DNA of 64,000 nucleotides from a virus. Below, in pieces: positions 53,616 through 64,000 of this stretch (position 1 is its first letter; each line of letters starts with the position of its first letter). Where the stretch lies: the IMG/VR virus record IMGVR_UViG_3300045988_166882; one strand, written 5' to 3'. The notes below the pieces were generated by a model. That model ran no database searches. It saw nothing but the letters and a program-made list of their open reading frames with translations, and was not told the origin of the DNA. A program made the position numbers and the translations under genes.

Positions 53616-54479
53616 ATGGAAACAAAAGACTACAAACGCACCCCTGCGCCATTCGGCGTACAGATGAATCACCTTCATATGGGATGCGGCGGTATAGGTT
53701 ATATCGTTATCCCTGAGGGAGGCGAGAACCGCGAACTATACATCCAGAACTGCATGAGGACCAACACCGTGTCTATTCAGGGCGGCGCAGGTAGGTCTAT
53801 TTACAACAACGTACCTATCCCCCCGTCGGTTCTCGAAGCGGTGGAGTTTCCCGTATCAATCGACGAGTTCGGGACCCCTGTGGTTTGGGTGCTGGACGAA
53901 TACAATCAGTGGCCTATCGTTGTAAATTCTTTGGACTTACGCAAGTTCAACCAGCAACAACCGGGTCAGCGTACTATGCGCAAGGAATCTAACGGAGTGG
54001 TTGCCGAGGTGAAGACCGACGCCTCTCAAGGTATCATCGACATCTACGTCGGCGGTACGGAGGACACCCCTGCCGAAATCAATATCCGAGTTCAGTCAGC
54101 CAACGTCGATTCCAAAGTGAACATCATTTCCGACGCCGATATCAGCGTATCGGGTGATAAGCACGTCGAGATCACTTCCGCAACCCGCGTAACGGCACAC
54201 ATAGTGAACGGCGTCGATACGGAGGCGGGAATTGAAGTAGTCCTTCAAGACGACGAATTGCAGTATACTACCAAGGGTGGCAAGTCGACGTTCATTGTGA
54301 AGGGTGAAAAGGCTTCGTTCAACGGCGGCTCAAACCGCGGCGTGGTAAATATCGCGCAAATCGAATCGCTGGTGCAGGCTCTCCAAAAAGACCTCCTGAT
54401 AGCCTCATCGGGTTCGAACCTTTCGAGTTGGATGGCCAGCGAAATGCCAAAGATGGAGGACAAGAAATTATCGCATTAA
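53616..54479 (+). CDS. hypothetical baseplate protein (287 aa; spike/hub position)
   Basis: Position only. The C-terminus is beta-rich and repetitive. Confidence 0.5.
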   Translation: METKDYKRTPAPFGVQMNHLHMGCGGIGYIVIPEGGENRELYIQNCMRTNTVSIQGGAGRSIYNNVPIPPSVLEAVEFPVSIDEFGTPVVWVLDEYNQWPIVVNSLDLRKFNQQQPGQRTMRKESNGVVAEVKTDASQGIIDIYVGGTEDTPAEINIRVQSANVDSKVNIISDADISVSGDKHVEITSATRVTAHIVNGVDTEAGIEVVLQDDELQYTTKGGKSTFIVKGEKASFNGGSNRGVVNIAQIESLVQALQKDLLIASSGSNLSSWMASEMPKMEDKKLSH

Positions 54480-54483
54480 CGCC

Positions 54484-54930
54484 ATGGGAAAGTTAGGAAT
54501 AGACCCCAAAATGGTTATCCGCGCTACGTGCAAGGACTACCTCGCCACGCTGCCTGAAGAAGAGGCTAACAGCTACGTTGACGACATGGAGCAGTCGGTT
54601 GGTGATTCTATCCAGCAAAAGATCGATGAAGCCGAAACGTGGCTCGAAGCCGCTGAAACATCAGGCACCAACGCCATCGAGGCGTCCACTTCGTTAGGCG
54701 TTCAGGCCGTATGCGCTGACCCTATGGCAGGTGTAGCGTCCACAGGCGTCATAGCGTCAGCCAAGTCCGGCGCAGCTACCGCCAAAGCGCAGGTGGCTAC
54801 CGGTAATGCCGCCATCCAGCAGGTTATACGTATCGTTGGTGGTTTCATGCTACCGCTTCCGGCCCCTGTAACCGCCGCGGCTCAAACTCTGGCGGCAGCC
54901 GACGCTGCGTTGTCGGCCATACCCGTGTAA
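54484..54930 (+). CDS. hypothetical Ala-rich protein (148 aa)
   Basis: ATG ORF. Its stop TAA is part of the conserved GTAACAAGTATAAT element. Confidence 0.5.
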   Translation: MGKLGIDPKMVIRATCKDYLATLPEEEANSYVDDMEQSVGDSIQQKIDEAETWLEAAETSGTNAIEASTSLGVQAVCADPMAGVASTGVIASAKSGAATAKAQVATGNAAIQQVIRIVGGFMLPLPAPVTAAAQTLAAADAALSAIPV

Positions 54931-54958
54931 CAAGTATAATTGATGTAAATTTAAGACG
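54927..54958 (+). promoter_or_regulatory. conserved intergenic element GTAACAAGTATAAT...AAATTTAAGA (second copy)
   Basis: Identical 14-mer and 10-mer to the 35574 element. It ends at ATG 54959. Confidence 0.4.
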
Positions 54959-55747
54959 ATGCCGACCATAGCAGGAACAGTTCTCAATAAAGCCAAAGGC
55001 GACTTTGCCAGCGCAACGAGCGACGCGCTTGTTACGATGGGGCGCGGGTTGGTACACGCTGTTGCGCCGGACGACTACGAGTACTACATGTGTACGTTGG
55101 AGTTGATAAGGTCAAGCGGTGAAACCGCGGCTTTCATGAACCTGCCTGTCATGCCCAGTAACATCACTGAAAGCCGGACATCGCTCACTACTATCACCAA
55201 GACCAACAACGTGGTGGTGTCGATGATTAACCCGTCGTTCAACCCCGTCGATATTTCGCTGCGTGGTACGTTCGGCCGCAAGTTGCGCGTCTCGTTCGGC
55301 CAGCAGCAGTTCAAGGATCAGGCTGAAGAAGGAGCCTCCATCCCGTTCTTCAATATCGGCATGTTTACGGGAGCCGCCGGAGTAGGCGATAACCGTACGA
55401 TGATTGCCAAAACGGGGTACGGCCTTACCAAGATGATGCAGAAAATCCTCACCGCGGCTACGAAGTTGGACCCTAACGGAAAGCCCTATCGGCTGGTGTT
55501 CACCAACCACGCCTTCAACACGGCGTACTACGTTGAGGTCGTTCAGGATAACTACTCGATGGACGAGAACAGCAACATGATCTGGAATTACTCGATCGAG
55601 TTGCGCGCCGTGGCCGCTTATACCACCATCAAGTCTCTCAACGACTTCTTGGGGCAGGTCATGAACCAATCGTTGAGTAGAAGTGTAACGCGGGTACTGG
55701 GACAGGTCAGTGATCTGCTCACGTGCGGTATCATGAATATGTTTTAG
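54959..55747 (+). CDS. hypothetical baseplate-module protein (262 aa)
   Basis: ATG ORF. Position only. Confidence 0.55.
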   Translation: MPTIAGTVLNKAKGDFASATSDALVTMGRGLVHAVAPDDYEYYMCTLELIRSSGETAAFMNLPVMPSNITESRTSLTTITKTNNVVVSMINPSFNPVDISLRGTFGRKLRVSFGQQQFKDQAEEGASIPFFNIGMFTGAAGVGDNRTMIAKTGYGLTKMMQKILTAATKLDPNGKPYRLVFTNHAFNTAYYVEVVQDNYSMDENSNMIWNYSIELRAVAAYTTIKSLNDFLGQVMNQSLSRSVTRVLGQVSDLLTCGIMNMF

Positions 55748-55749
55748 CC

Positions 55750-56751
55750 ATGCTGATTCCTGAATACATAATCCGATTTTCCAACGTGACGAAATATCGT
55801 TTGACGGACTTCTTGGAGCGATACCAAGACTTCTTCGACAACGATTACACGTCCATCGACCAGTATTTTTCGGGCCTCAGTGAAAGCGTCGATCATGACC
55901 GCCTGCGTCGTCTCCAGAAATTGCTCGCCGACTGCCGTGAGTTACAAGCCCAGTTCAAGAACTACGACAACCGCTTTGATAACTGCGGCTATTGGCTGCT
56001 GATGGAGTGGATCGACAACCTCGTTATGCAGGTCGAAAAGGTTACGAAGCTACCCAAGTTCCGGCGCACCACGCTGACGGCCCGAAACTACAAGCCCGTT
56101 ATTCAGGTCGAGTCGTCGATTGGCGCTCAGCGTACCATGGAGGACCTGTCCATAGCCATCCAATCGAACGGCATGGACCGCGTTTCGTGGGAGCAACTCA
56201 TGCTGGACAACGACCTCGAAGAAGACCAGTGGGAAATCGACGAGTTGAAGCCTGTAACGGCTATGGTGAATAACATCACGCCCGCCGCCGTGACTACTAT
56301 CTTGGAACCGCCTATCGGTGAACAGGTCTATGGCAAGGACATCGCCCGTAAGATCACCATCGAGGTTGAAGAGGAAGTGGCAACAAAGGCCGTTTTTCGG
56401 CGATCTGGCGACTCAACGACCGTCACCTCGGCCCGGCGTATAGGCGACCTTAAAATCGTTAAATACAAGGACAACATCGACCAAAAGGTGATGATCCTCA
56501 TGGGACTCAACCGCGGGACCGTACCCGACAACCCGTTGCTGGGTGTCGATCCTAACCTCACGGCCGGAGTCACCGCCGCTCAGTTGTCGCTACCTACGGT
56601 TCGCCGCCAGATGGTAGACACGTTCCTCCAGGACGATTTATTCGAGGCTGTTGATATGGTTTCCATCGAACAGAATCAGGACTCGCTGGTTTGTACGCTG
56701 GAGATTAAGACCAAGTACAATGACAAAGTGACCAAAAAAGTGAAGCTATGA
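55750..56751 (+). CDS. hypothetical baseplate-module protein (333 aa)
   Basis: ATG at 55750 (MLIPEYIIRF) is preferred to track start 55723, which overlaps the upstream gene. Confidence 0.55.
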   Translation: MLIPEYIIRFSNVTKYRLTDFLERYQDFFDNDYTSIDQYFSGLSESVDHDRLRRLQKLLADCRELQAQFKNYDNRFDNCGYWLLMEWIDNLVMQVEKVTKLPKFRRTTLTARNYKPVIQVESSIGAQRTMEDLSIAIQSNGMDRVSWEQLMLDNDLEEDQWEIDELKPVTAMVNNITPAAVTTILEPPIGEQVYGKDIARKITIEVEEEVATKAVFRRSGDSTTVTSARRIGDLKIVKYKDNIDQKVMILMGLNRGTVPDNPLLGVDPNLTAGVTAAQLSLPTVRRQMVDTFLQDDLFEAVDMVSIEQNQDSLVCTLEIKTKYNDKVTKKVKL

Positions 56752-58010
56752 TAACGCAGATAACGCCAATCGAGGAACTCAAGCAGATGTGGCTCGAAAT
56801 ATTTCTGAACAAGACCGACAAGGTTTCCGACGTGTCAGCCGAGTCGGTTTTGAACGCCATGGCCTACGCCGATTCCAAGATCGGCCAGAAGATCATGGTC
56901 AATCAGGCGGTGATCGAAGGTCACATATTCCCCGATACGGCAGCGGGCGAATACCTCGACGCCTTGGCTGCGCTACGTGGCGTGGCACCGCGCTTCGGAG
57001 CCGCTCCGGCAACGACCTACGTCCGTGTTATAGGCGACCCTGGTACGTTCTATCAGGCTGGTACGATGTTCACCTCAACGACCGGGTTGACGTTCGTTTC
57101 TACGGAAGACGTTACGATCGGTGGCGTCGATGAAAACACAGGCCGCGTGGTTGTAAACTCCCGGCTGGCGTATATCCCCGTTCGGTGTACGAAATCGGGT
57201 GCTGTTACCAACATCCCGCCGCTGTCGCTGAACCGCGTGAACCCTACGCCTCCCGGACACCAGAGTTGCACCAACGAGTACCAAGCCACCGGGGGTCGCG
57301 ATCAGGAAGACGACGAAACGTTCCGCATCCGCATCAAGGAAAGCGTGAACCAGTTGGCGATGAATACGCTGGCGCAGTTGGAGCAGGTACTGATGAAGAT
57401 CAACCCGCGTGTTCTGCGAGTACTCAAAGGCGGATACGGTGAATCGCAAACTACGGGTTCAGCCGCTGAAAGCCGCATCAACCTGACGGTGGTATCAGTT
57501 AACGGTCAAGACTTCACGCAAGAGGAATTTGATGAGATGTATTCACGCGCCGAGGAGTATTTGTGCCTCACCGACCTGTTGCGCGTTTCTATCGCCGGAG
57601 CGCGTTACCCCGCCATCAATCTGCGTAACGTCAACTGGCTGTTCGTTAACGTGGACTTCCGCGTTGATATCGACCCGGCGTACAATACCGACGACGTCCG
57701 CACCCAGATTCAACTCCAGATGAACAAACTGTTCGACTACCGTTTCTGGGAACCGGGCGACAAGGTAGAGTGGGAAGACATGCTGTACGTCGTCAAGAAC
57801 GTCGAAGGCGTGCGATACGTCCCCGATACGCACTTCAACCCCGGCTATGACATCAACGTCCCCGAATATACGCTGCCGCGGGTACGCAGTTTCGTGATGC
57901 GTGACTTGGACGGCAACGTGATACTCGACAACGGCGGAGTACTTTCCGAAGTGTTCTACCCGAACGTCGAAGACGCAAACTACCAAGCAACCGTGTTAAT
58001 GTCTATCTGA
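56748..58010 (+). CDS. baseplate J-like wedge protein (probable)
   Basis: 420 aa. The segment GEYLDALAALRGVAPRFGAAPATTYVRVIGDPGTFYQAGTMFTSTTGLTFVSTEDV resembles P2 gpJ/T4 gp6-type baseplate proteins. ATGA overlap with the upstream gene. Confidence 0.55.
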   Translation: MITQITPIEELKQMWLEIFLNKTDKVSDVSAESVLNAMAYADSKIGQKIMVNQAVIEGHIFPDTAAGEYLDALAALRGVAPRFGAAPATTYVRVIGDPGTFYQAGTMFTSTTGLTFVSTEDVTIGGVDENTGRVVVNSRLAYIPVRCTKSGAVTNIPPLSLNRVNPTPPGHQSCTNEYQATGGRDQEDDETFRIRIKESVNQLAMNTLAQLEQVLMKINPRVLRVLKGGYGESQTTGSAAESRINLTVVSVNGQDFTQEEFDEMYSRAEEYLCLTDLLRVSIAGARYPAINLRNVNWLFVNVDFRVDIDPAYNTDDVRTQIQLQMNKLFDYRFWEPGDKVEWEDMLYVVKNVEGVRYVPDTHFNPGYDINVPEYTLPRVRSFVMRDLDGNVILDNGGVLSEVFYPNVEDANYQATVLMSI

Positions 58011-58011
58011 T

Positions 58012-60138
58012 ATGAATCTCACTACCTCCATACGCAGCAAGGTCGTTGTTTCGCCATCGAACGAAGTGACGATCACCGCCGCGGCCAGTGGCAACTTGCC
58101 TGAAATCTACGAGGCAGAGATTCTCCAAGAGCCCAAGACCGTCAACAATACGCCGGGTGTCCAAGGCGACCTGATGATCAGTTTGGATAAGCCCCCCGCT
58201 GACGCTGCCCTTACCAGTGATGGCAGGCTCGTTTTAACGGTCAGCGACGGTGAAGAAGGTAAGTACCATCGCGACGACTCCGATTTGATGTACGACCGCG
58301 CTGAGGACCCTCAACTGAATAACGTCATGGCCGCAGTCGGCGACATGCTGCTGGTGGCTATCACGTGCGACATATCAGGGCGCGTTTCACTGGCTTCTTT
58401 CACTGAGGACCTCACGGGCGTGAGCGCTCCGGCGGATGTAGCGCGACTGTTCCGCGTGTCGGCCGACGGGCTGTTTTGGAGCGAATGGACCGAACTGACC
58501 AACGCCGCTCTTCAGGCCGCTGAACCCGTAACGGCCGACGGCATGATGTCGATCGAGGTACAATACATCCGCCAAGGAGGTTCCGCGCCTATCACCTTCA
58601 ATTCGATCACCTTCCAAGGTACGGTTGAACCGATTCAATTCGTTGCCCCTACGATTGACGAATCGATCTTTTCCGGCGTCGTTGGTTCGGAGCAAACCAA
58701 GCGTATCGAACGCAACCTGTTCAAGAAGTTGTATTACCGCGGCGTGATGGCCCAGTATGTAACACGCGGCGCTGATCGTAACTACGACGAAGACCGCGAC
58801 TACGTTTCGCTGTTTTCGACCGTGGGGCGTTTCTTCGCTATGATGGTATCGTTCGCCAAACGGTTCGAAAACATCTACAACGACTTCGACATGCTGCGCG
58901 AGTACGTTCGCCAGATCGGGTTGTATTTCGACGAAAAGAGCGTCACGCTGGAAGAACTCCAGTATCTTGCGTCGCACTACTATGACGAAATACGCAAGCG
59001 CGGTACGGCTATGGTATTTGCGCGGCGCGGCGACGGTCGGCCCTATAACGGCGAGTTTGTACGGCTGTTCGGTATCGAAGATAGCGACGAGTTGCTGACT
59101 GATAATCTCCCGGCGTCGAAGATGGGTTGGTGCTTGGGACAGGCGTCGCCATTGTACCGCGGCGTTGGAGGTTCTAACCAACTGAACAAAACACGTGAAA
59201 CGTCCCCCGACTTTGAGTCGTTGGATGACTTCGTGACCACGGGTAACGTTTCCATCGAAGAGATACCGGACCAGTATATCGTCGGTTACGACCGCGAAAA
59301 GAAGACTCCGGTCTACAAGAACAAGGTCTGCCTGAAGATCACGGGTGAAGGCGGCTTGGGCCGCGGCGATACCGCTACGCCTGTCGATGACCGCGTGTAC
59401 ACGGCCGACTGCAACCTTTCGTACGAAGTATCGTTTTGGATGAAGAGCGACGGTAAGGGAACGCTGAATTTTGGCGTTGAAGGTTTCAACATCTTCAAGA
59501 CCGCCCTGTCTACAGGTTTCATCCGCTTGGATTCGACGCAGGTAACGGACTACTTCGCCAACGAACTGCCACTTTCCGCCATACAAGCCAACACGTGGTA
59601 TCACGTCCGCGGTATCATCCACGCTTACAGCACGCAGCCCGTGACCGTAAACGCGCCAGGCCTGAATATCGCACCTCACTTGGGAACGCAGTTGTGCTAC
59701 AACAACTACTCTGTCGAGTACATTCTCCCGAAGATTCAACTCGGTGGCGGCGACTCAACGGCTACGCTTTACATCTGGGATTACAAGATACGCCCCCTCG
59801 TCTATGGCCGCAATATCCTCCCGCTGAAGGAAACGGGCCGCGTCGATGCTCGGTCCAACGGCTTCATCCAGTCACAGCGGTTGTTCTACATCTTCCTGAA
59901 GAATAACAACAACACGATGTCACAGGCCCAGCTGGAACGAATCGTGAATAAGTACCTAATTCCGTACGGATTCCAGCCTGTATTCGTGTACGGTACTACG
60001 CCTGTTAACACCTCATCAACGCCGTCGGAGTTTGTGCCGTATCTGGTATTGACGCCAAATTCAATTATCATAAACTCGAACGGTGAAAAGGGCCTTGTGG
60101 ACCTGAAGACCAACACCAACGCCATTAAAGTCGAATAG
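58012..60138 (+). CDS. hypothetical baseplate/tail-fibre-module protein (708 aa)
   Basis: Position only. The antisense 450-aa ORF is judged a shadow ORF. Confidence 0.55.
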   Translation: MNLTTSIRSKVVVSPSNEVTITAAASGNLPEIYEAEILQEPKTVNNTPGVQGDLMISLDKPPADAALTSDGRLVLTVSDGEEGKYHRDDSDLMYDRAEDPQLNNVMAAVGDMLLVAITCDISGRVSLASFTEDLTGVSAPADVARLFRVSADGLFWSEWTELTNAALQAAEPVTADGMMSIEVQYIRQGGSAPITFNSITFQGTVEPIQFVAPTIDESIFSGVVGSEQTKRIERNLFKKLYYRGVMAQYVTRGADRNYDEDRDYVSLFSTVGRFFAMMVSFAKRFENIYNDFDMLREYVRQIGLYFDEKSVTLEELQYLASHYYDEIRKRGTAMVFARRGDGRPYNGEFVRLFGIEDSDELLTDNLPASKMGWCLGQASPLYRGVGGSNQLNKTRETSPDFESLDDFVTTGNVSIEEIPDQYIVGYDREKKTPVYKNKVCLKITGEGGLGRGDTATPVDDRVYTADCNLSYEVSFWMKSDGKGTLNFGVEGFNIFKTALSTGFIRLDSTQVTDYFANELPLSAIQANTWYHVRGIIHAYSTQPVTVNAPGLNIAPHLGTQLCYNNYSVEYILPKIQLGGGDSTATLYIWDYKIRPLVYGRNILPLKETGRVDARSNGFIQSQRLFYIFLKNNNNTMSQAQLERIVNKYLIPYGFQPVFVYGTTPVNTSSTPSEFVPYLVLTPNSIIINSNGEKGLVDLKTNTNAIKVE

Positions 60139-60140
60139 AT

Positions 60141-61499
60141 ATGTCGAAATTGAAACTCTCACCGAACCTCTTCTTGGAGGTGGCCGAACTGGAGAACTTT
60201 CGTCGCCTGATGGTAGACGAAGGCTATAAGGCCGCGTTGCAGTCGCTGGTGAAAAACTTCGGAATTGCTCGCAATTCCGACTCTAATGCTTTTGAAGTCA
60301 CCGCCACTGGCGAGGAAAACACAATTTCTATCGCCCCCGGCACGGCATGGAACAAGGACTTTGATCGTATCATCAGCCGCGAAGCCGTTACGGCTCAGGC
60401 TATCCAATCGGACACCAAGACGTGGGTCATTCTTTCACGCGCCGTAACCAACTACGAGGCCGGAACGGTTTCGGTGACTACCGACGGCACGCTCACGGGC
60501 GTTGGCACTGAGTTTACGAAAGTGCTGCGCGGCGGCGACAACTTCCCGAATGCCGTCAAGTTCATCGACTCTACCAAGAACATCCTCAACTACGAGGTCA
60601 TCAACGTGGTTTCTGACACGTCGGCCGTCATCGCCGTTCCAGCCGTGGCTGAAAGCAACATGCGCTACGGCGTTATCGGGGCTTTCACGCCGGGCTTTGT
60701 CCCGTCGAACGCCAACGAACTCATCTACGAGTACGACTCTTTCCAGATTCGCATGGTCCAGTCGGACAACGCGCCCGACATTCAGGAGGGGTACGAGTTT
60801 ATCCTTGCGCAGTTGAACTGGGAAAGCGGTGATATGTCGATCGTCGATATGCGGAATTCGTACACGTTCAACACCGACCCCACGGAAGAAATTATCGCCG
60901 CTTCGACCAACATCGTCAGCGTCCTCAATATCGACCGTTACGGCGATATGCTGCGCATTGCGGTCGAAAACGGCTACACCGTCACGGGCTTCGAGATACG
61001 GGCGTCGGCTTTGCAGTTCCGCATCTTGGAGGGTAAGAACAACGTGCTGGGGCCGGTATCGGGTAACTCCGGCAGTATTCCCTCGTCGGCGTTTGCCGGT
61101 TGGACGCTGTTCAACCGCGCTACGGGTAAGGGCGTCCGCATCGTCGATAACGCCAATACGCTGTTGACGCTGGCGTCGTGGAGTGGAGACCTGTCGCTGG
61201 GCGAGGGGGACGATTTTGTGATCGTACCTGCGGTGGCCGACATCGAGTACCAACTGACCGCCGCCGGGGCTACTACATGGGAAGGCGTCCGCAGCACGGC
61301 CCGGTTCCCGGTTACGGACGTTCAGACTAATATCTTCGTACCGCTGAAAAGCGGTCAAACAACTCTCACGCTGCGCTACCGCGACATCGACGGACGCGCC
61401 GCAAGTGCCTTTAAGGCGTTCCCGCAGTCGGGGTATAAGGACCTCACCGACGGAATGTCAAAATTCTTAACCAACTCGGTATTGACTGTGAACCTATGA
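60141..61499 (+). CDS. hypothetical tail-fibre-module protein (452 aa)
   Basis: Position only. Confidence 0.55.
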   Translation: MSKLKLSPNLFLEVAELENFRRLMVDEGYKAALQSLVKNFGIARNSDSNAFEVTATGEENTISIAPGTAWNKDFDRIISREAVTAQAIQSDTKTWVILSRAVTNYEAGTVSVTTDGTLTGVGTEFTKVLRGGDNFPNAVKFIDSTKNILNYEVINVVSDTSAVIAVPAVAESNMRYGVIGAFTPGFVPSNANELIYEYDSFQIRMVQSDNAPDIQEGYEFILAQLNWESGDMSIVDMRNSYTFNTDPTEEIIAASTNIVSVLNIDRYGDMLRIAVENGYTVTGFEIRASALQFRILEGKNNVLGPVSGNSGSIPSSAFAGWTLFNRATGKGVRIVDNANTLLTLASWSGDLSLGEGDDFVIVPAVADIEYQLTAAGATTWEGVRSTARFPVTDVQTNIFVPLKSGQTTLTLRYRDIDGRAASAFKAFPQSGYKDLTDGMSKFLTNSVLTVNL

Positions 61500-62389
61500 T
61501 GTTGTATCTTACTGGCGCACCTAACTCGTTGATGGTATCTCCGGATGCGCCTCAAAATGACCCCCGCATGAGTTTGGGCGGCTACGTGAGTTCAACTCCC
61601 GTACCGAACGCCGCGTTGAACGTGCTGTTCGACCAGGTGTCGCTGCTCACGCTTCAGAACCGCCCGACCGAATGCATGGCGTTCGCCCTCATCAACAAGG
61701 CCGGGCAGCAGGTTTCGGACGTCGAAATCAAGATCGTTGGTGCTGACGATGACCTCTGTCAGTTTGAGGTAGCCGCCGTGGCAGTGAAAGACCTCCAGAT
61801 GGAATCGCTCCGCAATCGGTACTCGCTGCCCATTAACGCCAAATTCTACAACGCCGACTTTCGCCGCGCAGGCGTTCAGGTGACCATAGCTTCGCCCGCA
61901 GCCGTGGGTGAGGAGTTTGTATTAGAGCCGTTCAATATCGTCGTCAAATCGCCTAAAACTGCCGATTACGAGGGAACGTTCAATGCCGTTAAGGCGGCGT
62001 TCGAAGGTAGTTCGGTATGGCAGGTGGTTTACGTGAGTGAAAAGGTCTTCCGCATCGAGCGTAAGGACTACGAAGCTATCGACCCGTTCCCCGTAAGCGT
62101 CATGGCTGAAGAAGACGGCCGCATCCGCTTAGAATTCGACGGCGACTTCCGCAACGCCATCAACAACACGTTGTTGCTGGCCGAAACCATGGACACCGAC
62201 CAGTGCGTCGGGCTGTGGATCAAGCGTACAATCAAGGAAACGGCTCACAAAACCTGTGACCAACTGTTCGAAGAGTACGACGCAAAGGTCAAAGAAGAAA
62301 CTCTGGAACGTATTTCTCTTGTCGTCAATTATAACCTTGTTGACACTCGCGAATACAGCGACGAGTATAACGAACAAGAATATTCATAG
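61496..62389 (+). CDS. hypothetical tail-fibre-module protein (297 aa)
   Basis: ATGA overlap with the upstream gene. Position only. Confidence 0.55.
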   Translation: MMLYLTGAPNSLMVSPDAPQNDPRMSLGGYVSSTPVPNAALNVLFDQVSLLTLQNRPTECMAFALINKAGQQVSDVEIKIVGADDDLCQFEVAAVAVKDLQMESLRNRYSLPINAKFYNADFRRAGVQVTIASPAAVGEEFVLEPFNIVVKSPKTADYEGTFNAVKAAFEGSSVWQVVYVSEKVFRIERKDYEAIDPFPVSVMAEEDGRIRLEFDGDFRNAINNTLLLAETMDTDQCVGLWIKRTIKETAHKTCDQLFEEYDAKVKEETLERISLVVNYNLVDTREYSDEYNEQEYS

Positions 62390-62393
62390 TCCT

Positions 62394-63479
62394 ATGCCAC
62401 TTTCTTATAACGACGTCCGGAAACTCATCCTTTCTACCCTCGAAGAACGGCCTGAGGGGACCAAAGTACAGGTTCCCAACCAGCAAAACTACGAGTTGGC
62501 GCTGCTGGACTACGTTCAGGAACTGGAGACGTCGATGAGTACGTCTATCGTCGGTATCGCTGACGCTGATACGGACCCTATCGAACCGCCTTCGGCCCGC
62601 GTGGCATACTTGTCTCAGGTGGGAGTCAATTCAGCCATCGTGTACAAGAAGTTCGTCGATGCCCAGCTGAACCCTATAACGGTGACGACTGACACCGCGC
62701 ATGTGGCGTTCGTCACGCTGTTCTGGAATACCAACTACTGGCAGGTGCAGGCGGTGATGATTCCGGTGTTTGAGGGCGGCGGCGGTGAGGCCGCGGGAGC
62801 CGTACGATTCGACATCGCCCAAACGCTCAGTGCGCTTCAACAAGAGCAGGCCCGCGCCAACATCGACGCCGCGTCGAAGGAAAGCGTTGACGAACTCGCT
62901 TCGGTGGTCTACACCCAGTACACCGACCTGACGTTCCAAGTAGTTCCCGACCTCTTCGAAAACGACGTTGAAACCGAGGTAACGCTGAGTTGGGAGGCTA
63001 AGTTCAACGACCAGCCCGTAACGCCCGATTCACTCGAAGTGCGCAAAGGCGAAGCCGTTCTCACTACCGATCCTGCGCTCACGAGTATCACCGACCATAT
63101 CAGCGCTACGCAGGAGTATGAAATCACGGCTGTCGTAAAGGGTATCACCAAGACAGCTACCGCGACGGCCAGTGCTTACGACCGTATGTACTTCGGTTCT
63201 TCGCCGAAGAGCAGTATCGAGTCGGAAGATGTTCTGGCGATGTATCAGCAGCCGATCAAGCCTTCGCCGGCAGGAGACGTTACGGTGGACGTCGGCGCTA
63301 ACGAGTACATGTGGCTGTGTGTTCCTGCCAATATGACCATCAACAACGTGACCTCCGGCGGCTTCGACGTACCGATGGCCATGCCGGTATCGGTGATGGT
63401 CGAGGGTAAAGGCTATTACAACTGCTACCGCAGTGCAGGTCCGTTTGCTGCGGGTCGTTTTAACGGTGTAATTTCATAG
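62394..63479 (+). CDS. hypothetical tail-fibre-module protein (361 aa)
   Basis: ATG at 62394 (MPLSYNDVRK) is preferred to track start 62256, which overlaps the upstream gene by 134 nt. GAGTATAAC lies about 25 nt upstream. Confidence 0.5.
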   Translation: MPLSYNDVRKLILSTLEERPEGTKVQVPNQQNYELALLDYVQELETSMSTSIVGIADADTDPIEPPSARVAYLSQVGVNSAIVYKKFVDAQLNPITVTTDTAHVAFVTLFWNTNYWQVQAVMIPVFEGGGGEAAGAVRFDIAQTLSALQQEQARANIDAASKESVDELASVVYTQYTDLTFQVVPDLFENDVETEVTLSWEAKFNDQPVTPDSLEVRKGEAVLTTDPALTSITDHISATQEYEITAVVKGITKTATATASAYDRMYFGSSPKSSIESEDVLAMYQQPIKPSPAGDVTVDVGANEYMWLCVPANMTINNVTSGGFDVPMAMPVSVMVEGKGYYNCYRSAGPFAAGRFNGVIS

Positions 63480-63483
63480 CAAC

Positions 63484-63711
63484 ATGGCTGAGATCAATAT
63501 CTACGGACTTCTAACCTCCAAAACGTCTGACGGTAAGTTGGCGCGTTCGGAGCAAATTTTTGACGAAACCGAACAAAAGTTTCAAAGCGATATTAACGCC
63601 GCGAGCGTTCGTTCGGATTCGGTGCGCGGCGTTGAGGTGGTGGAGGAAGCCCCCATGAAAAATGACAACATTTTGTACATCGAGGTAAAACCTGATGCTG
63701 ATGGCCAGTAG
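63484..63711 (+). CDS. hypothetical protein (75 aa)
   Basis: ATG ORF. Confidence 0.45.
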   Translation: MAEINIYGLLTSKTSDGKLARSEQIFDETEQKFQSDINAASVRSDSVRGVEVVEEAPMKNDNILYIEVKPDADGQ

Positions 63712-63979
63712 GAAAATAACGGATTTGGTTTTGAACGGTCGCCAACTGTTGACGTCCGCCAAGATCAACCGTGTTATCTTCAATGGCAAAGTAATTTGGC
63801 CCCCTCAACCGGGCGAACCTACCATACAGCGAGTCGTGTTGAACGGCGAAGTGCTGTATTCACACTCTGCCGAAAAGCCTTATTTGGAGGTTGAAAAGTT
63901 GGTCGTCTGGCTTACACAGGACAACAACTGGTTCGGTCAAAATAACGTACACACAAACACTTCGTTTAACGTGGAATAA
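63695..63979 (+). CDS. hypothetical protein (94 aa)
   Basis: ATG ORF overlapping the upstream gene by 17 nt. Confidence 0.45.
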   Translation: MLMASRKITDLVLNGRQLLTSAKINRVIFNGKVIWPPQPGEPTIQRVVLNGEVLYSHSAEKPYLEVEKLVVWLTQDNNWFGQNNVHTNTSFNVE

Positions 63980-64000
63980 TCCACATACAAAAAAAAAAAT

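Noticed and set aside
58387-59739. 450-aa minus-strand ORF. Similar long antisense ORFs lie at 45704..46855, 27994..29076, 16015..16878, 12739..13335, 32627..33439, 60435..61358 and 1556..2347.
   Set aside because: All are nested antisense within longer, better-supported + strand genes. They show Arg/Gly/Val-rich composition. Accepting them would break the uniform + strand operon organisation.

Overview
The window reads as a contiguous piece of a tailed dsDNA phage genome of contractile-tail (myovirus) type. It holds about 75 protein genes, all but one on the + strand, tightly packed with many ATGA or short overlaps.

- Left part (77-18427): genes that look early or related to DNA metabolism. 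These include an HU-like DNA-binding protein, a DEDDh 3'-5' exonuclease, a FEN-type 5'-3' exonuclease, a dUTPase, a ferritin-like di-iron protein and a candidate thymidine-hypermodification enzyme. This part also carries a free-standing GIY-YIG homing endonuclease, one tRNA-Gln(UUG) embedded in a ~1 kb ORF-free, hairpin-dense region, and a large terminase whose P-loop is split by a LAGLIDADG intein.
- Middle part (18465-35577): portal, a MuF-like head-morphogenesis protein, and a radical-SAM/glycosyltransferase mini-operon. It also holds several large probable virion-cargo proteins (an acidic triple-repeat protein, a P-loop ATPase, a kinase-like + ART-like fusion) and an M15-like endolysin candidate.
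- Right part (35614-63979): an AT-richer tail-fibre locus with an inverted, start-less alternative C-terminal cassette. It is followed by prohead protease/scaffold, major capsid protein, neck genes, sheath, tube, chaperones, tape measure, an M23 hub protein, and baseplate and fibre genes.

I recognised no rRNA, CRISPR array, integrase, invertase or reverse transcriptase. Most starts lack a Shine-Dalgarno sequence, and two TTG-N20-TAnnTTnG promoter-like sites are present. Together these hint at a Bacteroidota-type host, which is inference only.

All functional calls come from motifs read by eye. No database or HMM search was run. GC statements are visual impressions, not computed values.
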